Shown: positions 37,682 to 47,834 of the stretch, piece after piece
How the letters are laid out: each line of letters begins with the position of its first letter
Numbering within the stretch: the stretch's first letter is position 1
NCBI GenBank assembly: GCA_002691825.1
Contig: NZIZ01000047.1
Location: 40,940 to 104,939, forward strand
Origin: Porticoccaceae bacterium
Lineage (GTDB): Bacteria > Pseudomonadota > Gammaproteobacteria > Pseudomonadales > Porticoccaceae
Direction of reading: 5' to 3'
DNA length: 64,000 nt
The notes under the pieces: model-generated
Databases searched by the model: none
Told to the model about the DNA's origin: nothing
The model's input: the letters and a program-made list of their open reading frames with translations, nothing else
Translations under genes and position numbers: made by a program

Positions 37682-38512
37682 TTGTACTCACCGTTTCTTC
37701 GCCAAATCTTAATCCTAGCTTTGCTTGCTACAGGCTTGCTGATAATTGATCGCTCTACTGAATGGTTTAAGCCTGCAAGGGTTGTGATCGATCAACTTAT
37801 GAGACCATTATACTGGGTCACCAATATCCCAGATAATGTGTTGAAGTGGGGTGAAGATAACTTCGTCGGCAAGTCGGAGCTCATTAAAAAGAATGAGCAA
37901 CTTAAACAAGAAATATTAATTTATCGAGGTAGGCTTCAAAGACTATCCGAGTTGGCAACTGAAAATCTTCGATTAATGCAATTGTTAAATGCTTCCGAGC
38001 TCTTGTTCGATCGAATTCTTGTGACTAAAGTTATCAGTGTCTCTCCGACCACACAACGACATACAATCACTATTGATAAAGGGACAAAAAATGGGGCTTA
38101 TGTTGGTCAGCCAGTGCTCGATTCAGAGGGATTGATGGGGCAATTAATTAGGGTTTACGCTAACCATAGCGTAGCACTTCTGATTACTGATTCTAGTCAT
38201 GCTCTTCCTGTTAAAGTTTTGCGAAATGGTGTTCGCTCGATCGCGGAGGGCAGAGCAGATTACGGGCGTTTGACCCTTCGTTACGTTTCGCCAACCGCCG
38301 ATATAAAATTAGGAGATCAGCTTCTTAGTTCTGGTTTGGGAGGACGTTATCCAGCCGGCTATCCGGTTGGAAAAGTTGTTGGGATTCAGGATATAACCGG
38401 ATCAGTTTTTATGTCAGTCGAAGTGGAGCCATCTGCACTATTAGATCGCAGTTCACATTTGCTTCTGGTATTTACATCGGATCAGAGCGATACATTGAAG
38501 AGCAAGCTATGA
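37682..38512 (+). CDS. mreC: Rod shape-determining protein MreC
   Basis: TM helix, coiled coil ENLRLMQLL, IDKG, GLMGQ, SSGLGGRYPAGYPVG. Confidence 0.95.
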   Translation: MYSPFLRQILILALLATGLLIIDRSTEWFKPARVVIDQLMRPLYWVTNIPDNVLKWGEDNFVGKSELIKKNEQLKQEILIYRGRLQRLSELATENLRLMQLLNASELLFDRILVTKVISVSPTTQRHTITIDKGTKNGAYVGQPVLDSEGLMGQLIRVYANHSVALLITDSSHALPVKVLRNGVRSIAEGRADYGRLTLRYVSPTADIKLGDQLLSSGLGGRYPAGYPVGKVVGIQDITGSVFMSVEVEPSALLDRSSHLLLVFTSDQSDTLKSKL

Positions 38513-38976
38513 GCCTTGTTCCGCCAAAATTTGATTTAGCATTTTGTTTATCAATCGCCATTCTATTGCAGTTGGTGCCATTGCCAATTGATTTGATGGG
38601 TTATAGACCAAATTTTATTTTGTTAATGGTTGTAATGGTAACACTCCATCATCCGGAGCGTCACGATCTAAAGACGTATGCAGTGGCTGGACTACTAGCT
38701 GATGCAATTCATGATACCAGTTTTGGACATTTCATGTTGGTATATGTTCTTTGCGGTGGGGTAGTAAGCTTATTGAGCCGATGGACATCCTATTTTGGTT
38801 CGCTCTATCGGGTGTGTGTTTTCTTCTCCCTGAGTCTTATCGGAACTGTGTTGCAAGGAATTATTGCGAAAATGCAAGGGTTATCAACTCCAATAGAATT
38901 TCTGCCTACACTGGCATTGATATCAGTATTATTTTTTCCAATGATAGATCGTTTGGTTTCAAGACGAAATGTGTGA
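38509..38976 (+). CDS. mreD: Rod shape-determining protein MreD
   Basis: Polytopic membrane protein with RPNF and GLLAD motifs; follows mreC. Confidence 0.88.
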   Translation: MSLVPPKFDLAFCLSIAILLQLVPLPIDLMGYRPNFILLMVVMVTLHHPERHDLKTYAVAGLLADAIHDTSFGHFMLVYVLCGGVVSLLSRWTSYFGSLYRVCVFFSLSLIGTVLQGIIAKMQGLSTPIEFLPTLALISVLFFPMIDRLVSRRNV

Positions 38977-38979
38977 AAT

Positions 38980-39588
38980 ATGGAATTGGACTTCGATTTA
39001 ATATTGGCATCCTCCTCGCCGAGAAGAAAAGATATTCTGCACCAGATGGGCGTCCGGTATAGCGCGGAGCCAGCTGAGATCAATGAAGATCTGATCGCTT
39101 TTGAAAAACCGATTGATTATGTTTCCCGATTAGCGAGTGAAAAAGCGATCTATGTACAAAAATTAACAAAGTCTGTAAAGCCTGTACTTGGTGCTGACAC
39201 TATTGTCGTTCTTGGGGGAAAGATTTTTGGGAAGCCCAAAGATTTAGAAGGCGCACAGAAAACTCTGATGAGTCTTTCCGGTAAACTTCATGAAGTTATC
39301 ACAGCTGTCTCCATCACTGATGGCCATAATTTAATGCAGGGCTTATCAGTTTCTGAGGTGATTTTTGATGTAATAACATTGCGTGATTGTAAGAAGTATT
39401 GTGATTCGGGGGAACCTCTCGGTAAAGCAGGGGCGTATGCGATTCAGGGTAAAGGCGCGTTTTTTGTTAAAAAAATTCTAGGTAGCTACAGCGGCATAGT
39501 GGGTCTACCGATAGATGTGACTTATAAGTTATTGCAATTATATGAGGTGCCGGTGTCTTGGGCGGTCAATAATTCAGGCGCAGTTTGA
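38980..39588 (+). CDS. maf: Maf/YhdE nucleoside triphosphate pyrophosphatase
   Basis: LILASSSPRR, VLGADTIVV, GKP, KAGAYAIQG, GSYSGIVGLP. Confidence 0.95.
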   Translation: MELDFDLILASSSPRRKDILHQMGVRYSAEPAEINEDLIAFEKPIDYVSRLASEKAIYVQKLTKSVKPVLGADTIVVLGGKIFGKPKDLEGAQKTLMSLSGKLHEVITAVSITDGHNLMQGLSVSEVIFDVITLRDCKKYCDSGEPLGKAGAYAIQGKGAFFVKKILGSYSGIVGLPIDVTYKLLQLYEVPVSWAVNNSGAV

Positions 39589-39867
39589 ACTGACGTGATA
39601 AATGGTGGGTTTTCCTATAGATATTGGACTTTATCTTTCTACTATGGAACAACTTGTTGTTATTTAATATGATTTTTATAGTGGTTTCTGAAAAGGTTGA
39701 TTGGTAGTTTTAACTTAGTAAAAAGATATTTTTTCGCGTTTTACCCATAATCGAGTGCTTGGTTAGGCGCTCAACTGGTGAAATATTACGTTTTAATAGC
39801 GTCGTTATACATATTTTTCAAAAAAGCAGTTTGCGCTCTTTTTGATCTGTTTAGCCTTGGAAAGCAA

Positions 39868-42800
39868 ATGATTTTTGTCAAGAAAAAAATTGGATCAGTG
39901 ACTAATATCATGCTTATAGTTGTAGCATTTTTAGTTATGTTTTTTTTAGTTTTTATATTTTATATCCGTGAACTAGTTTTGAATATCGATCAACATCGCG
40001 CTTCATTAGAAGCATTTTTAATGGACCGTACCGGGGCTCGTTTTCACTTGGGCCCAGTATCGGCTAAGTGGACCGGGCTTATACCCATAATTGAAGTAGA
40101 AAGTGTATTTATTGGCGAGATTAATGCCCCAGCATTAATTTTTACTCAGTGGCGTGCCGATATCGACCCCGTTAAAAGTATCCAGCATAGGTCACTTATT
40201 TGGAGAGAATTTTCAATAAATCAGGTAGATATTTCGCTTGAGGAAGATAAACAGGGGTTTTGGCAATTAAACGAATTATCCGCAGGTGGGAGTGATAACT
40301 TAAGGATGATTCTAGAACCGCTGGCTTACAGTAAATCAATTAGCATAGACCATCTTAATGTTGATTTAAATTTTTATTCCGGCGACACATCTCAATTTAA
40401 AGGAAACAAGCTTAAATTAGAAAATGACTTAGATTTTCATCGTCTGGAATTCTCTTTGCTTTCGAAACAACAAGAGGCTTCGGCATATATATTTATTGAG
40501 GGCTTTGGTGATCCTTTAAACTCAAACAGTTTTTCGGCAGAGGGATATTTGAGTGCGCACAAATTTGAGATGAGCGCATTTTTAGCTCATGCCACAAAAA
40601 GATTAGTCCCCGGTTTTGCTGCTGTTGATGTTCAAGATAAAATTATGGTTGACGGAGAAATCTGGTTTGAAATGAGACTTGGTGGTAACACCGATTTTCG
40701 GGGACATATCAATACTAGTAGTGCTATCAATAATAAAAAAAATATAACTAATCTACGGGGGTTTAAAACTAATTTGACTGGGTGGTATTTTCCTGGCGAA
40801 GATTGGGGAATTCGTTTGCAAGATTTGCAAATAAGTGTTTCAAACAAGGAATTAGAGCCGCTAAATCTTCTCTTTAAGAAGAACATGGGCGCCCGATGGC
40901 AAGATTTTCGTTTTTTCTTGGATGGCGCTCAGTTGGACCCTCTCTTATCTTTTTTTGAAAGCTCTTTTGAAAATAACACACCTCTGAGTGTATTGATCAA
41001 TCGGTTAGAGCCCAAAGGAGAAATCACAGCACTAGTGGCCGGAAAAGATTCTGGAAAGATATTCGCGGATGCTACCTTTAAAGAATTTAGTAGCTCATCC
41101 TTCAAAGGCATACCTGGTATCCAAGGCTTAGATGCTAAGTTGTCAATACGCGGAAAAGATGCTGTGCTTCGGATCGCTGAGACTAATGGATTTTTAATTG
41201 ACTTTCCAAATATCTTTGCTGACTCATTTCCGGTACTTTCGTTGCAGGGTAATGTGTTTAGCTCATGGGATCCAACTGTTGGTGCTTTCGTCATGAGTAG
41301 CGACTTATTAAGTGCGAATTTGGACGCGGGACATATCAATTTGCAGTTTTCTACACGAGCAGAAATTCCAGACGGTAATGCCTTGCCGGACGTGCATATT
41401 GTTATAGATGGACATGATATTGATACGCGATATTGGAAAAAGTATTTGCCAGAAAAAGTATCCCCGCCGCTAAAAAAATGGCTTGAGAGGTCTATTTTAG
41501 AGACCACTTTGAGGGAATTCACTTATGCTTTACGCATAGCAAACTCAGATTACTCTAAAAATAATCGTACAAATCAGATTTTTTTTCGTTTAGACGATAC
41601 CAACTTCAAGTTCCATCCTGAATGGTTGGTCGCGACTGAAGCTCGCGGGTTGGTTTTGATTGACGACGATGACGTATTTGCTTCCATCGAGCATGCAAAC
41701 CTCGGTGGTACGACCATAACTAATGCACAAATTGAATTTAGAGGAGATGATGACACGCTGAGTCCTCAACTTGACGTTGACTTGCATGTTAATTCGAGCA
41801 CGGCGGCGGCTATTGAGGTTATTGGAGGGTCTCCCTTAAAACGATTTATGGGTGACACATCAGATTGGCATTATGGGGGTAGACAAGAAAGTAGAATTCA
41901 ATTAAGCCTGCCGATAACAGGCGAGAAATCCTCATCTCTGCAAGACAAATCATCATACAGAGTGCACACATCGTTTTATGATGGAGTCTTGGCCGTTCCA
42001 AATAGTTCTTTGGAGATCACCGAAATAAATGGTGATTTATTTTATACATCTGATTATGGTTTTTCGGGAGACAACCTTAGTGGAATTTTTTGGGGTGAGC
42101 GACTCAATGCGGCGGTCTCTTCTGATCTGGAGAATCAAAAAGTAAAATTCGAAGGGTTCATTCAACCCGAAAAAATTTCTCAATTAATACCCTTCGCTTG
42201 GGAAGAGTTGATGCATGGCAAAATTAAAGCGGAGGGCGTTTTGACTATACCGCTAAGAGATGGCCATTCAGGAACAAAATTCCGCCTAAGTAGTAATCTA
42301 GAAGGGGTGGCCATTATGTTGCCCGAACCAATTGGAAAAACTAAATCGCAACTGTCAAACTTAGAAATATTATTAGATATTGATCACAGTATTGAGGAAC
42401 TCCGAGGGTCTTTGGGAGAAGAAGGTTCCTTAGAGGCACGATTTATTGACGGCGTTTTTGATTCAGGAGTATTTAATTATGGGCGAACTATTGAACCTCC
42501 ACCATCAGGAACGATGCTATTCTCTGGATACCTTCCCCATATTTTATTAGAAAGTTGGACGCCCCTAGCAGATTTGTTACAAAAATCGAATTTTAACTCG
42601 GAGACTTGGCAATCTTTATTTGACTTAAAATTTGACTCGGCCACTCTGGCAGGCGTGACTTTTTCTGATGTTCATGCAAGGGCAGAACGGGGTGATCAAA
42701 GCCTAAACATTAGCTTTAATAGCGCGTGGGCCTCTGGATATTTGAGCATCCCGGATGCCGAAGACCGCTTTCCCAAATTGTTTTTGGACAATTTAGACTT

Positions 42801-43749
42801 TGGAAGGCAGCTTTTGAAGGGAGGATTCCCAAAAGGACGCCCTGATCCAAAAAATTTCCCCAATTTGGATATCAAAATAGATCATTTGATAGTGTCCAAT
42901 GCAGATTTAGGCCAGCTTGAATTTCAGTTGCGCTCTGAAGTTTCCGGTGCAGCATTTGCGGCAATAAAGGGTAATCTGTTGGGATTGGAATTTGGTGCAG
43001 ATGATACGCTTCCGCCCCTAGATTTTTTTTGGGGGCATGATTTAAGCGGACATTTTAGCCGTTTAATAGGACCTGCTTCGTTATCAGATGTTGGAAATTT
43101 CTTTGAAAAAATTGAGTTTCCACGCATCGCATCTAGCCAGTCTGGGAGATTAACTTTTAATTTAAACTGGCCGACGGAGCCCTGGAATTTTTCTCGAAAA
43201 AATATCGCAGGTGATTTTAAATTTTCGTTATCGGATGGAACCTTGTACAGGTCAAATGATGGAGCAGACGCAGCACTTAAAATGATTAGTTTAATGAACT
43301 TTGCAAACTGGTTGCGTAGATTGCAGCTTGATTTTTCTGATGTGGTTGGCCAAGACCTAGCATATGATAACATGAGTGGTTTGTTGGTTTTTGAAAATGG
43401 TATTGCCCGATTGGATACCCCACTAAAAATGGAAATGCCCTCAGGACGAATGGCGATGACGGGAAACTTCGATTTGTTGGAAGAAAACATTGATGGGCGC
43501 CTGGTTGCAACTTTACCGGTAGCACCGAATTTACCTTGGGTTGGAGCACTTGTAGGTGGATTGCCAGCTGCGCTTGGAGTTTATGTTACCGGAAAGTTAG
43601 TTGAAACACAGGTTGATCGATTATCAAGTATAAGTTACTCGCTGACGGGGCCTTGGGATAAAATTGATGTGCAAGTTGATCGTATTTTTGCTTCAGGATT
43701 AGCTGGAGATGATCATGCTCACCCACCTCTGTCTCCCAAGAGTGAATAG
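39868..43749 (+). CDS. yhdP: YhdP/AsmA-like phospholipid transport protein
   Basis: About 1290 aa, N-terminal TM, WTGLIPII, C-terminal RRLQLDFSD...ATLPV...LTGPWDK; standard position after maf. ATG 39868 preferred to 39778. Confidence 0.88.
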   Translation: MIFVKKKIGSVTNIMLIVVAFLVMFFLVFIFYIRELVLNIDQHRASLEAFLMDRTGARFHLGPVSAKWTGLIPIIEVESVFIGEINAPALIFTQWRADIDPVKSIQHRSLIWREFSINQVDISLEEDKQGFWQLNELSAGGSDNLRMILEPLAYSKSISIDHLNVDLNFYSGDTSQFKGNKLKLENDLDFHRLEFSLLSKQQEASAYIFIEGFGDPLNSNSFSAEGYLSAHKFEMSAFLAHATKRLVPGFAAVDVQDKIMVDGEIWFEMRLGGNTDFRGHINTSSAINNKKNITNLRGFKTNLTGWYFPGEDWGIRLQDLQISVSNKELEPLNLLFKKNMGARWQDFRFFLDGAQLDPLLSFFESSFENNTPLSVLINRLEPKGEITALVAGKDSGKIFADATFKEFSSSSFKGIPGIQGLDAKLSIRGKDAVLRIAETNGFLIDFPNIFADSFPVLSLQGNVFSSWDPTVGAFVMSSDLLSANLDAGHINLQFSTRAEIPDGNALPDVHIVIDGHDIDTRYWKKYLPEKVSPPLKKWLERSILETTLREFTYALRIANSDYSKNNRTNQIFFRLDDTNFKFHPEWLVATEARGLVLIDDDDVFASIEHANLGGTTITNAQIEFRGDDDTLSPQLDVDLHVNSSTAAAIEVIGGSPLKRFMGDTSDWHYGGRQESRIQLSLPITGEKSSSLQDKSSYRVHTSFYDGVLAVPNSSLEITEINGDLFYTSDYGFSGDNLSGIFWGERLNAAVSSDLENQKVKFEGFIQPEKISQLIPFAWEELMHGKIKAEGVLTIPLRDGHSGTKFRLSSNLEGVAIMLPEPIGKTKSQLSNLEILLDIDHSIEELRGSLGEEGSLEARFIDGVFDSGVFNYGRTIEPPPSGTMLFSGYLPHILLESWTPLADLLQKSNFNSETWQSLFDLKFDSATLAGVTFSDVHARAERGDQSLNISFNSAWASGYLSIPDAEDRFPKLFLDNLDFGRQLLKGGFPKGRPDPKNFPNLDIKIDHLIVSNADLGQLEFQLRSEVSGAAFAAIKGNLLGLEFGADDTLPPLDFFWGHDLSGHFSRLIGPASLSDVGNFFEKIEFPRIASSQSGRLTFNLNWPTEPWNFSRKNIAGDFKFSLSDGTLYRSNDGADAALKMISLMNFANWLRRLQLDFSDVVGQDLAYDNMSGLLVFENGIARLDTPLKMEMPSGRMAMTGNFDLLEENIDGRLVATLPVAPNLPWVGALVGGLPAALGVYVTGKLVETQVDRLSSISYSLTGPWDKIDVQVDRIFASGLAGDDHAHPPLSPKSE

Positions 43750-43754
43750 AGGAT

Positions 43755-44252
43755 TCAACAACAAATATGGGTTATGTATTCGAATAATTTTTTTTTGGCT
43801 TTAAGTTTATTACATTCGTTTCTTGTTCGAAAAACCGCTCTTTTTAAATTTTTCAGTTTTTGTCGGTCTGTGTTGGGATATTGAGTAACAAATTCCTCCA
43901 ACGCATTAGTATCGCCCAACAATAACTTTTTTTGCCATGAATATACTTCATCCGGCTTACAATTAGGGCGTCCATGTGCGGATGAAATTCGCTTTATTAT
44001 TTGAAGGACATCCGAGTCCTCCATGTCACGCAGTTGTTTTCCCAAAAAACTAATTTGTCGACGCTTTGCCTCGTCAGAAGACATCTTTTTCGCTATTTGT
44101 ATACAGACGTAAATATGGTCCGGTAAATTAATATTTTTGAGAGTCCCGTCAGTGAGAGAAATAAGCTTCTTGCCTAAATCTCTCAGGCGCCGCATGTCAT
44201 TTTTAACGCTTGTTTTACTTGGCTTTTCTAGTAATTTTATTTCGTTACCCAT
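43755..44252 (-). CDS. yjgA: Ribosome biogenesis factor YjgA/DarP
   Basis: PSKTSVKNDM..L..LG..L, AKRRQISFLGKQLR, YPNTDRQKL, KKLF. Confidence 0.9.
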   Translation of the reverse strand: MGNEIKLLEKPSKTSVKNDMRRLRDLGKKLISLTDGTLKNINLPDHIYVCIQIAKKMSSDEAKRRQISFLGKQLRDMEDSDVLQIIKRISSAHGRPNCKPDEVYSWQKKLLLGDTNALEEFVTQYPNTDRQKLKNLKRAVFRTRNECNKLKAKKKLFEYITHICC

Positions 44253-44278
44253 GAAAAATAAGATACTTTAAGATTTTC

Positions 44279-44548
44279 TTAATTATCTTCTCCAAATTTA
44301 TTAGCTATTAATTGCTGTATTTCCACAGCAACTAGTTCCTCATCACTGCCATCGAACTCAAATGTTAAAGCGGTACCACAAGGCGCTTCTAGCATTAACA
44401 GCGAGATGATACTTTTGACGTCTGCTGATTTATAATCTTTATAAACTTGCGCTTTGCTACTATAGCGAGATGCTAAGCGAGCTAACTTAGTTGCTGCGCG
44501 AGCATGCAGGCCCAGTTGATTTTCAATTGTTAGCTCGCACTTAATCAC
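44279..44548 (-). CDS. ptsO: Phosphocarrier NPr (HPr family)
   Basis: IENQLGLHARAA, DVKSIISLLML, DGSDE, FGE. Confidence 0.92.
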   Translation of the reverse strand: MIKCELTIENQLGLHARAATKLARLASRYSSKAQVYKDYKSADVKSIISLLMLEAPCGTALTFEFDGSDEELVAVEIQQLIANKFGEDN

Positions 44549-45423
44549 TGTACCGATGTCTCTGGTGCCGAAAGTTCTTTATGATTAATTTGTGTATTTG
44601 GGTACATTACCGAAAAATGTTCATATAATTTAGACGAAATGTAAACTGATCGATGCTGGCCTCCCGTGCAACCAATCGCGATTGTAAGGTAACTTCGATG
44701 ATTGGCTTGAAATTTACAAATCCAACTATCTAAAAAGTTTATAATATCTGAGAGCATATCGATGACCTCCGGTTGTGTCTTAAGAAAAGCGACTACGTCA
44801 TGGTGAAGACCCGTTTTCCTGCGTAGTGAAGTTTTCCAATAAGGATTTGGTAAGCATCTGATATCGAAAACGAAGTCTGCATTGATGGGAAGCCCTCGTT
44901 TGTAGCCAAAAGACTCGAACAGAATTGTAATGTTGTTTTCGTGTTTTGGTAAAATGAAATTCTTAATTAGTTTTCGAAGTTGATGAAGCGCTAAGCCGGT
45001 GGTATCCACCTTATAATCTGTGATGGTTTCTATTGGAGCAAGTAATACCTCCTCCTTATTGATCGCCTCAATTAAGCTAAGAGAATTTGTAGTTAAAGGA
45101 TGTTTGCGCCGTGTTTCACTAAAGCGGCGCACTAAATCACCGAGTCGTGCCGTTAAAAAAATTACTTTTATATCTATTCCCAATGCTTTAATTTCTTGAA
45201 GAATTCTTGGAATTGAAGTGAGATCAATAACTGGATTTCGCGCATCAATACCGATCGCTAATTTATCCAAAAAAGGTAAGCCGTTTTCTCTCATTTCACG
45301 AATTAGTGTTGGTAGTAAAATTGCGGGAAGATTATCTATGCAAAGAAAACCGACATCTTCTAAAATATTAAGTGCAGTTGTCTTTCCTGACCCCGAGTAC
45401 CCGCTGACAACTACGACGCGCAC
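44545..45423 (-). CDS. rapZ: RNase adapter RapZ
   Basis: SGYSGSGKT, CIDNLP, RRFSETRRKHPL, SFGYKRG, DIRCLPNPYW, IGCTGGQHRSV. Confidence 0.96.
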   Translation of the reverse strand: MRVVVVSGYSGSGKTTALNILEDVGFLCIDNLPAILLPTLIREMRENGLPFLDKLAIGIDARNPVIDLTSIPRILQEIKALGIDIKVIFLTARLGDLVRRFSETRRKHPLTTNSLSLIEAINKEEVLLAPIETITDYKVDTTGLALHQLRKLIKNFILPKHENNITILFESFGYKRGLPINADFVFDIRCLPNPYWKTSLRRKTGLHHDVVAFLKTQPEVIDMLSDIINFLDSWICKFQANHRSYLTIAIGCTGGQHRSVYISSKLYEHFSVMYPNTQINHKELSAPETSVQ

Positions 45424-45425
45424 AT

Positions 45426-45893
45426 TTAACCTGTTCGATCAAGTAAAATAGCGGTATCAAACAATTGGCGATTATTATTACATTCGCGCAGCTGTCGCCG
45501 AGATGATTCCTTGTGGAACATTTGTGCAATTTTGGAGAGTGTCTCGAGGTGTTCGTCATTTTTTTCGTGCGGAACAACCAATGCAAAGATCAAATCCACT
45601 GGTTGCTCGTCAAAGGCATCAAAGTCAATTGAAATATTAAGTTTAATTAGGCATCCGTGTACTTCTTTTAGTCCCATGACTTTGCAATGAGGGATCGCGA
45701 CACCCTTTCCAATTCCGGTGCTTCCAAGTCTCTCTCGAGCCAACATGCTTCGAAAAAGTGCAAAAGCTTGCTCTTGGTCTGCTCCGAGTTCTTTTGTAAT
45801 AAATTGAGCTATATTTTCAAGAACCTTTTTCTTGCTGTAACCATTGAGATCGCACATTGCAAGTTCCGGAATCAATACATCTGAAATTTCCAT
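45426..45893 (-). CDS. ptsN: PTS IIA-Ntr
   Basis: SKKKVLE, RERLGSTGIGKGVAIPH, FDAFDEQPVDLIFALVVP. Confidence 0.95.
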   Translation of the reverse strand: MEISDVLIPELAMCDLNGYSKKKVLENIAQFITKELGADQEQAFALFRSMLARERLGSTGIGKGVAIPHCKVMGLKEVHGCLIKLNISIDFDAFDEQPVDLIFALVVPHEKNDEHLETLSKIAQMFHKESSRRQLRECNNNRQLFDTAILLDRTG

Positions 45894-45901
45894 AATGTCA
45901 G

Positions 45902-46189
45902 TTATCGTCCTCGAGTTTTCTCTTTGTGTTTAATTACTTGCCTATCAAGCTTGTCCGCAAGCGCATCAATAGCCGCATAAAGATCTTGGTGTTCAGAGTT
46001 CGCGAAAAGATCTGCTCCCACCACATAGACCGTCGCTTCCGCTTTTTGTACAAGCTTGTCAACGGTTAAACTCACGACGATACTCGTTATTTGCTCATAG
46101 TGACGTTCAAGTTTAGAAAATTTTGCCATGACGTAGTTTCTGAGCGGATCTGTTACTGTTAAATGGTGGCCACTAATTGTCACTCGCAT
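45902..46189 (-). CDS. hpf: Ribosome hibernation promoting factor
   Basis: ISGHHLTVTDPLRNYV, DLYAAIDALADKLDRQVIKHKEK. Confidence 0.96.
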   Translation of the reverse strand: MRVTISGHHLTVTDPLRNYVMAKFSKLERHYEQITSIVVSLTVDKLVQKAEATVYVVGADLFANSEHQDLYAAIDALADKLDRQVIKHKEKTRGR

Positions 46190-46201
46190 ATGTTGATCCT
46201 C

Positions 46202-47746
46202 CTACATCGCATTTTCGAAGCGCTTTCTTTGACTGGATGATGCGATTCCCATGCTTTCTCTATATTTTGCAACGGTTCGACGAGCCACTTGGATGCCTTG
46301 GTCTTCTAAAAGTGAAGTTAACTTACTGTCGCTTAAGGGCTTAGCAGCCGGTTCTGCACTAATTATGGCCTTTAGGATCGCGCAAACCGCAGTTGACGAA
46401 CACTCACCACCGCCAGCAGTTCCAACATGACTTGAAAAGAAGTATTTGAGTTCAAATACGCCTTGCGGAGTCGCTAAATATTTCGTAGTTGTGACCCTTG
46501 AAATCGTTGATTCATGGAGATCTAGGCGATTAGCAATATCGGCAAGAACCATTGGCCGCATAGCCACTGGCCCTTGATTTAGAAAATTCTGTTGTAGCTC
46601 AACAATGGTTTTTGTAACCCTCATTAGGGTTTCATTTCGACTTTCAACGCTTCGAAGAAACCAGCGCGCCTCTGCAAGGTTGTCCTTAAGATATTGATTT
46701 TCGTTGCTGTTATCTGATCGTTTGATTAATTGACTATAGGAATCGTTAATCCTAAGTTTTGGCATATTGGCATCATTTAATCTAACTCGCCAACGCCCGT
46801 CAAATTTTTCAACAAAAACATCAGGCACAATATAGTCAATGTTTTGTGAGGATAACGCGTCTCCTGGACGAGGATTGAGACTTTTTATTAGCAGCATTGC
46901 TCCTGAAATTTCGTCCCGAGAACAGCCAACTTTTTTCGCAAGTCGTGTTTGATCGGTAGAGGCGATTTCGTTCAAAAATTCGGTAATTAATAATTTTGCT
47001 TGAACAAGAAAAGGAATATTTTCGGGGAGTTGGTTAATCTGAATGAGCAGACACTCTCGTATGTCTCTTGCAAAAACACCCGCCGGATCAAATTGCTGAA
47101 GCCTGTGGAGAACAGCAATGATCTCGTCTGATTGAAGAATTTCCTCCCCCTCAACATATCGTAAATGTTGCGTGATACTGAAAACGTCCTCTATCAGCAA
47201 TCCGTTTTCGTCGATTGAGTCAATCAAAGTGGCAGCGACCTGTCGGTCAATATCAGAGAAAGGGGTGAGGTTTAGTTGCCAATGAAGGTGATCCCTGAGT
47301 GATTCGGTTACTTGGTAAACTTGTTCTAGGTCAACTTCACCGCCACCTGCAGTTCCAGAGGAATTATTATAAACGTCGTCCCAATTCGCATCTACCGGAA
47401 GTTCAGTAGAGAGGTCTTCCTCCCATTGATGATCTGGCGTATCTTGGGTAGAAGATGCAAGTAAATTATTTGCCTCGTCTTCGGAAAGGTTTTGATCTAG
47501 AGTTGTTTCGACATTGTCAGCGTTAGCTTGACCAATTTCGTTAAGTTCATCTGCTGACAGATTATCTGATGTGTCAGTTACTCGATCATCCTCTTCTTCT
47601 AATTCCAAGAGAGGATTGTTGTACAGCTGCTCAATCACTTCTTGGCGTAGCTCTAAAGTTGAGAGCTGAAGGAGACGAATCGCCTGCTGGAGTTGAGGCG
47701 TCATCGTTAGTTGCTGACTGATTTTTAATTGTAAGCCGGGTCTCAT
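46202..47746 (-). CDS. rpoN: RNA polymerase sigma-54 factor
   Basis: QQLTMTPQLQQAIRLLQLS, LHESTISRVT, RpoN box ARRTVAKYRE. Confidence 0.98.
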   Translation of the reverse strand: MRPGLQLKISQQLTMTPQLQQAIRLLQLSTLELRQEVIEQLYNNPLLELEEEDDRVTDTSDNLSADELNEIGQANADNVETTLDQNLSEDEANNLLASSTQDTPDHQWEEDLSTELPVDANWDDVYNNSSGTAGGGEVDLEQVYQVTESLRDHLHWQLNLTPFSDIDRQVAATLIDSIDENGLLIEDVFSITQHLRYVEGEEILQSDEIIAVLHRLQQFDPAGVFARDIRECLLIQINQLPENIPFLVQAKLLITEFLNEIASTDQTRLAKKVGCSRDEISGAMLLIKSLNPRPGDALSSQNIDYIVPDVFVEKFDGRWRVRLNDANMPKLRINDSYSQLIKRSDNSNENQYLKDNLAEARWFLRSVESRNETLMRVTKTIVELQQNFLNQGPVAMRPMVLADIANRLDLHESTISRVTTTKYLATPQGVFELKYFFSSHVGTAGGGECSSTAVCAILKAIISAEPAAKPLSDSKLTSLLEDQGIQVARRTVAKYRESMGIASSSQRKRFENAM

Positions 47747-47834
47747 TATCTGAAAAACCGCCTGATTTCAACATGTACTAGTTTAGTACTTGATGGCTTC
47801 TCGTGGCAATGCTCAATTTTAGTAGCAACCCAAT

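Noticed and set aside
40929-43490. Long antisense ORFs (40929-41522, 42924-43490) and similar shadow ORFs across the window
   Set aside because: Fully overlapped by well-supported genes on the opposite strand, with no recognisable motifs.
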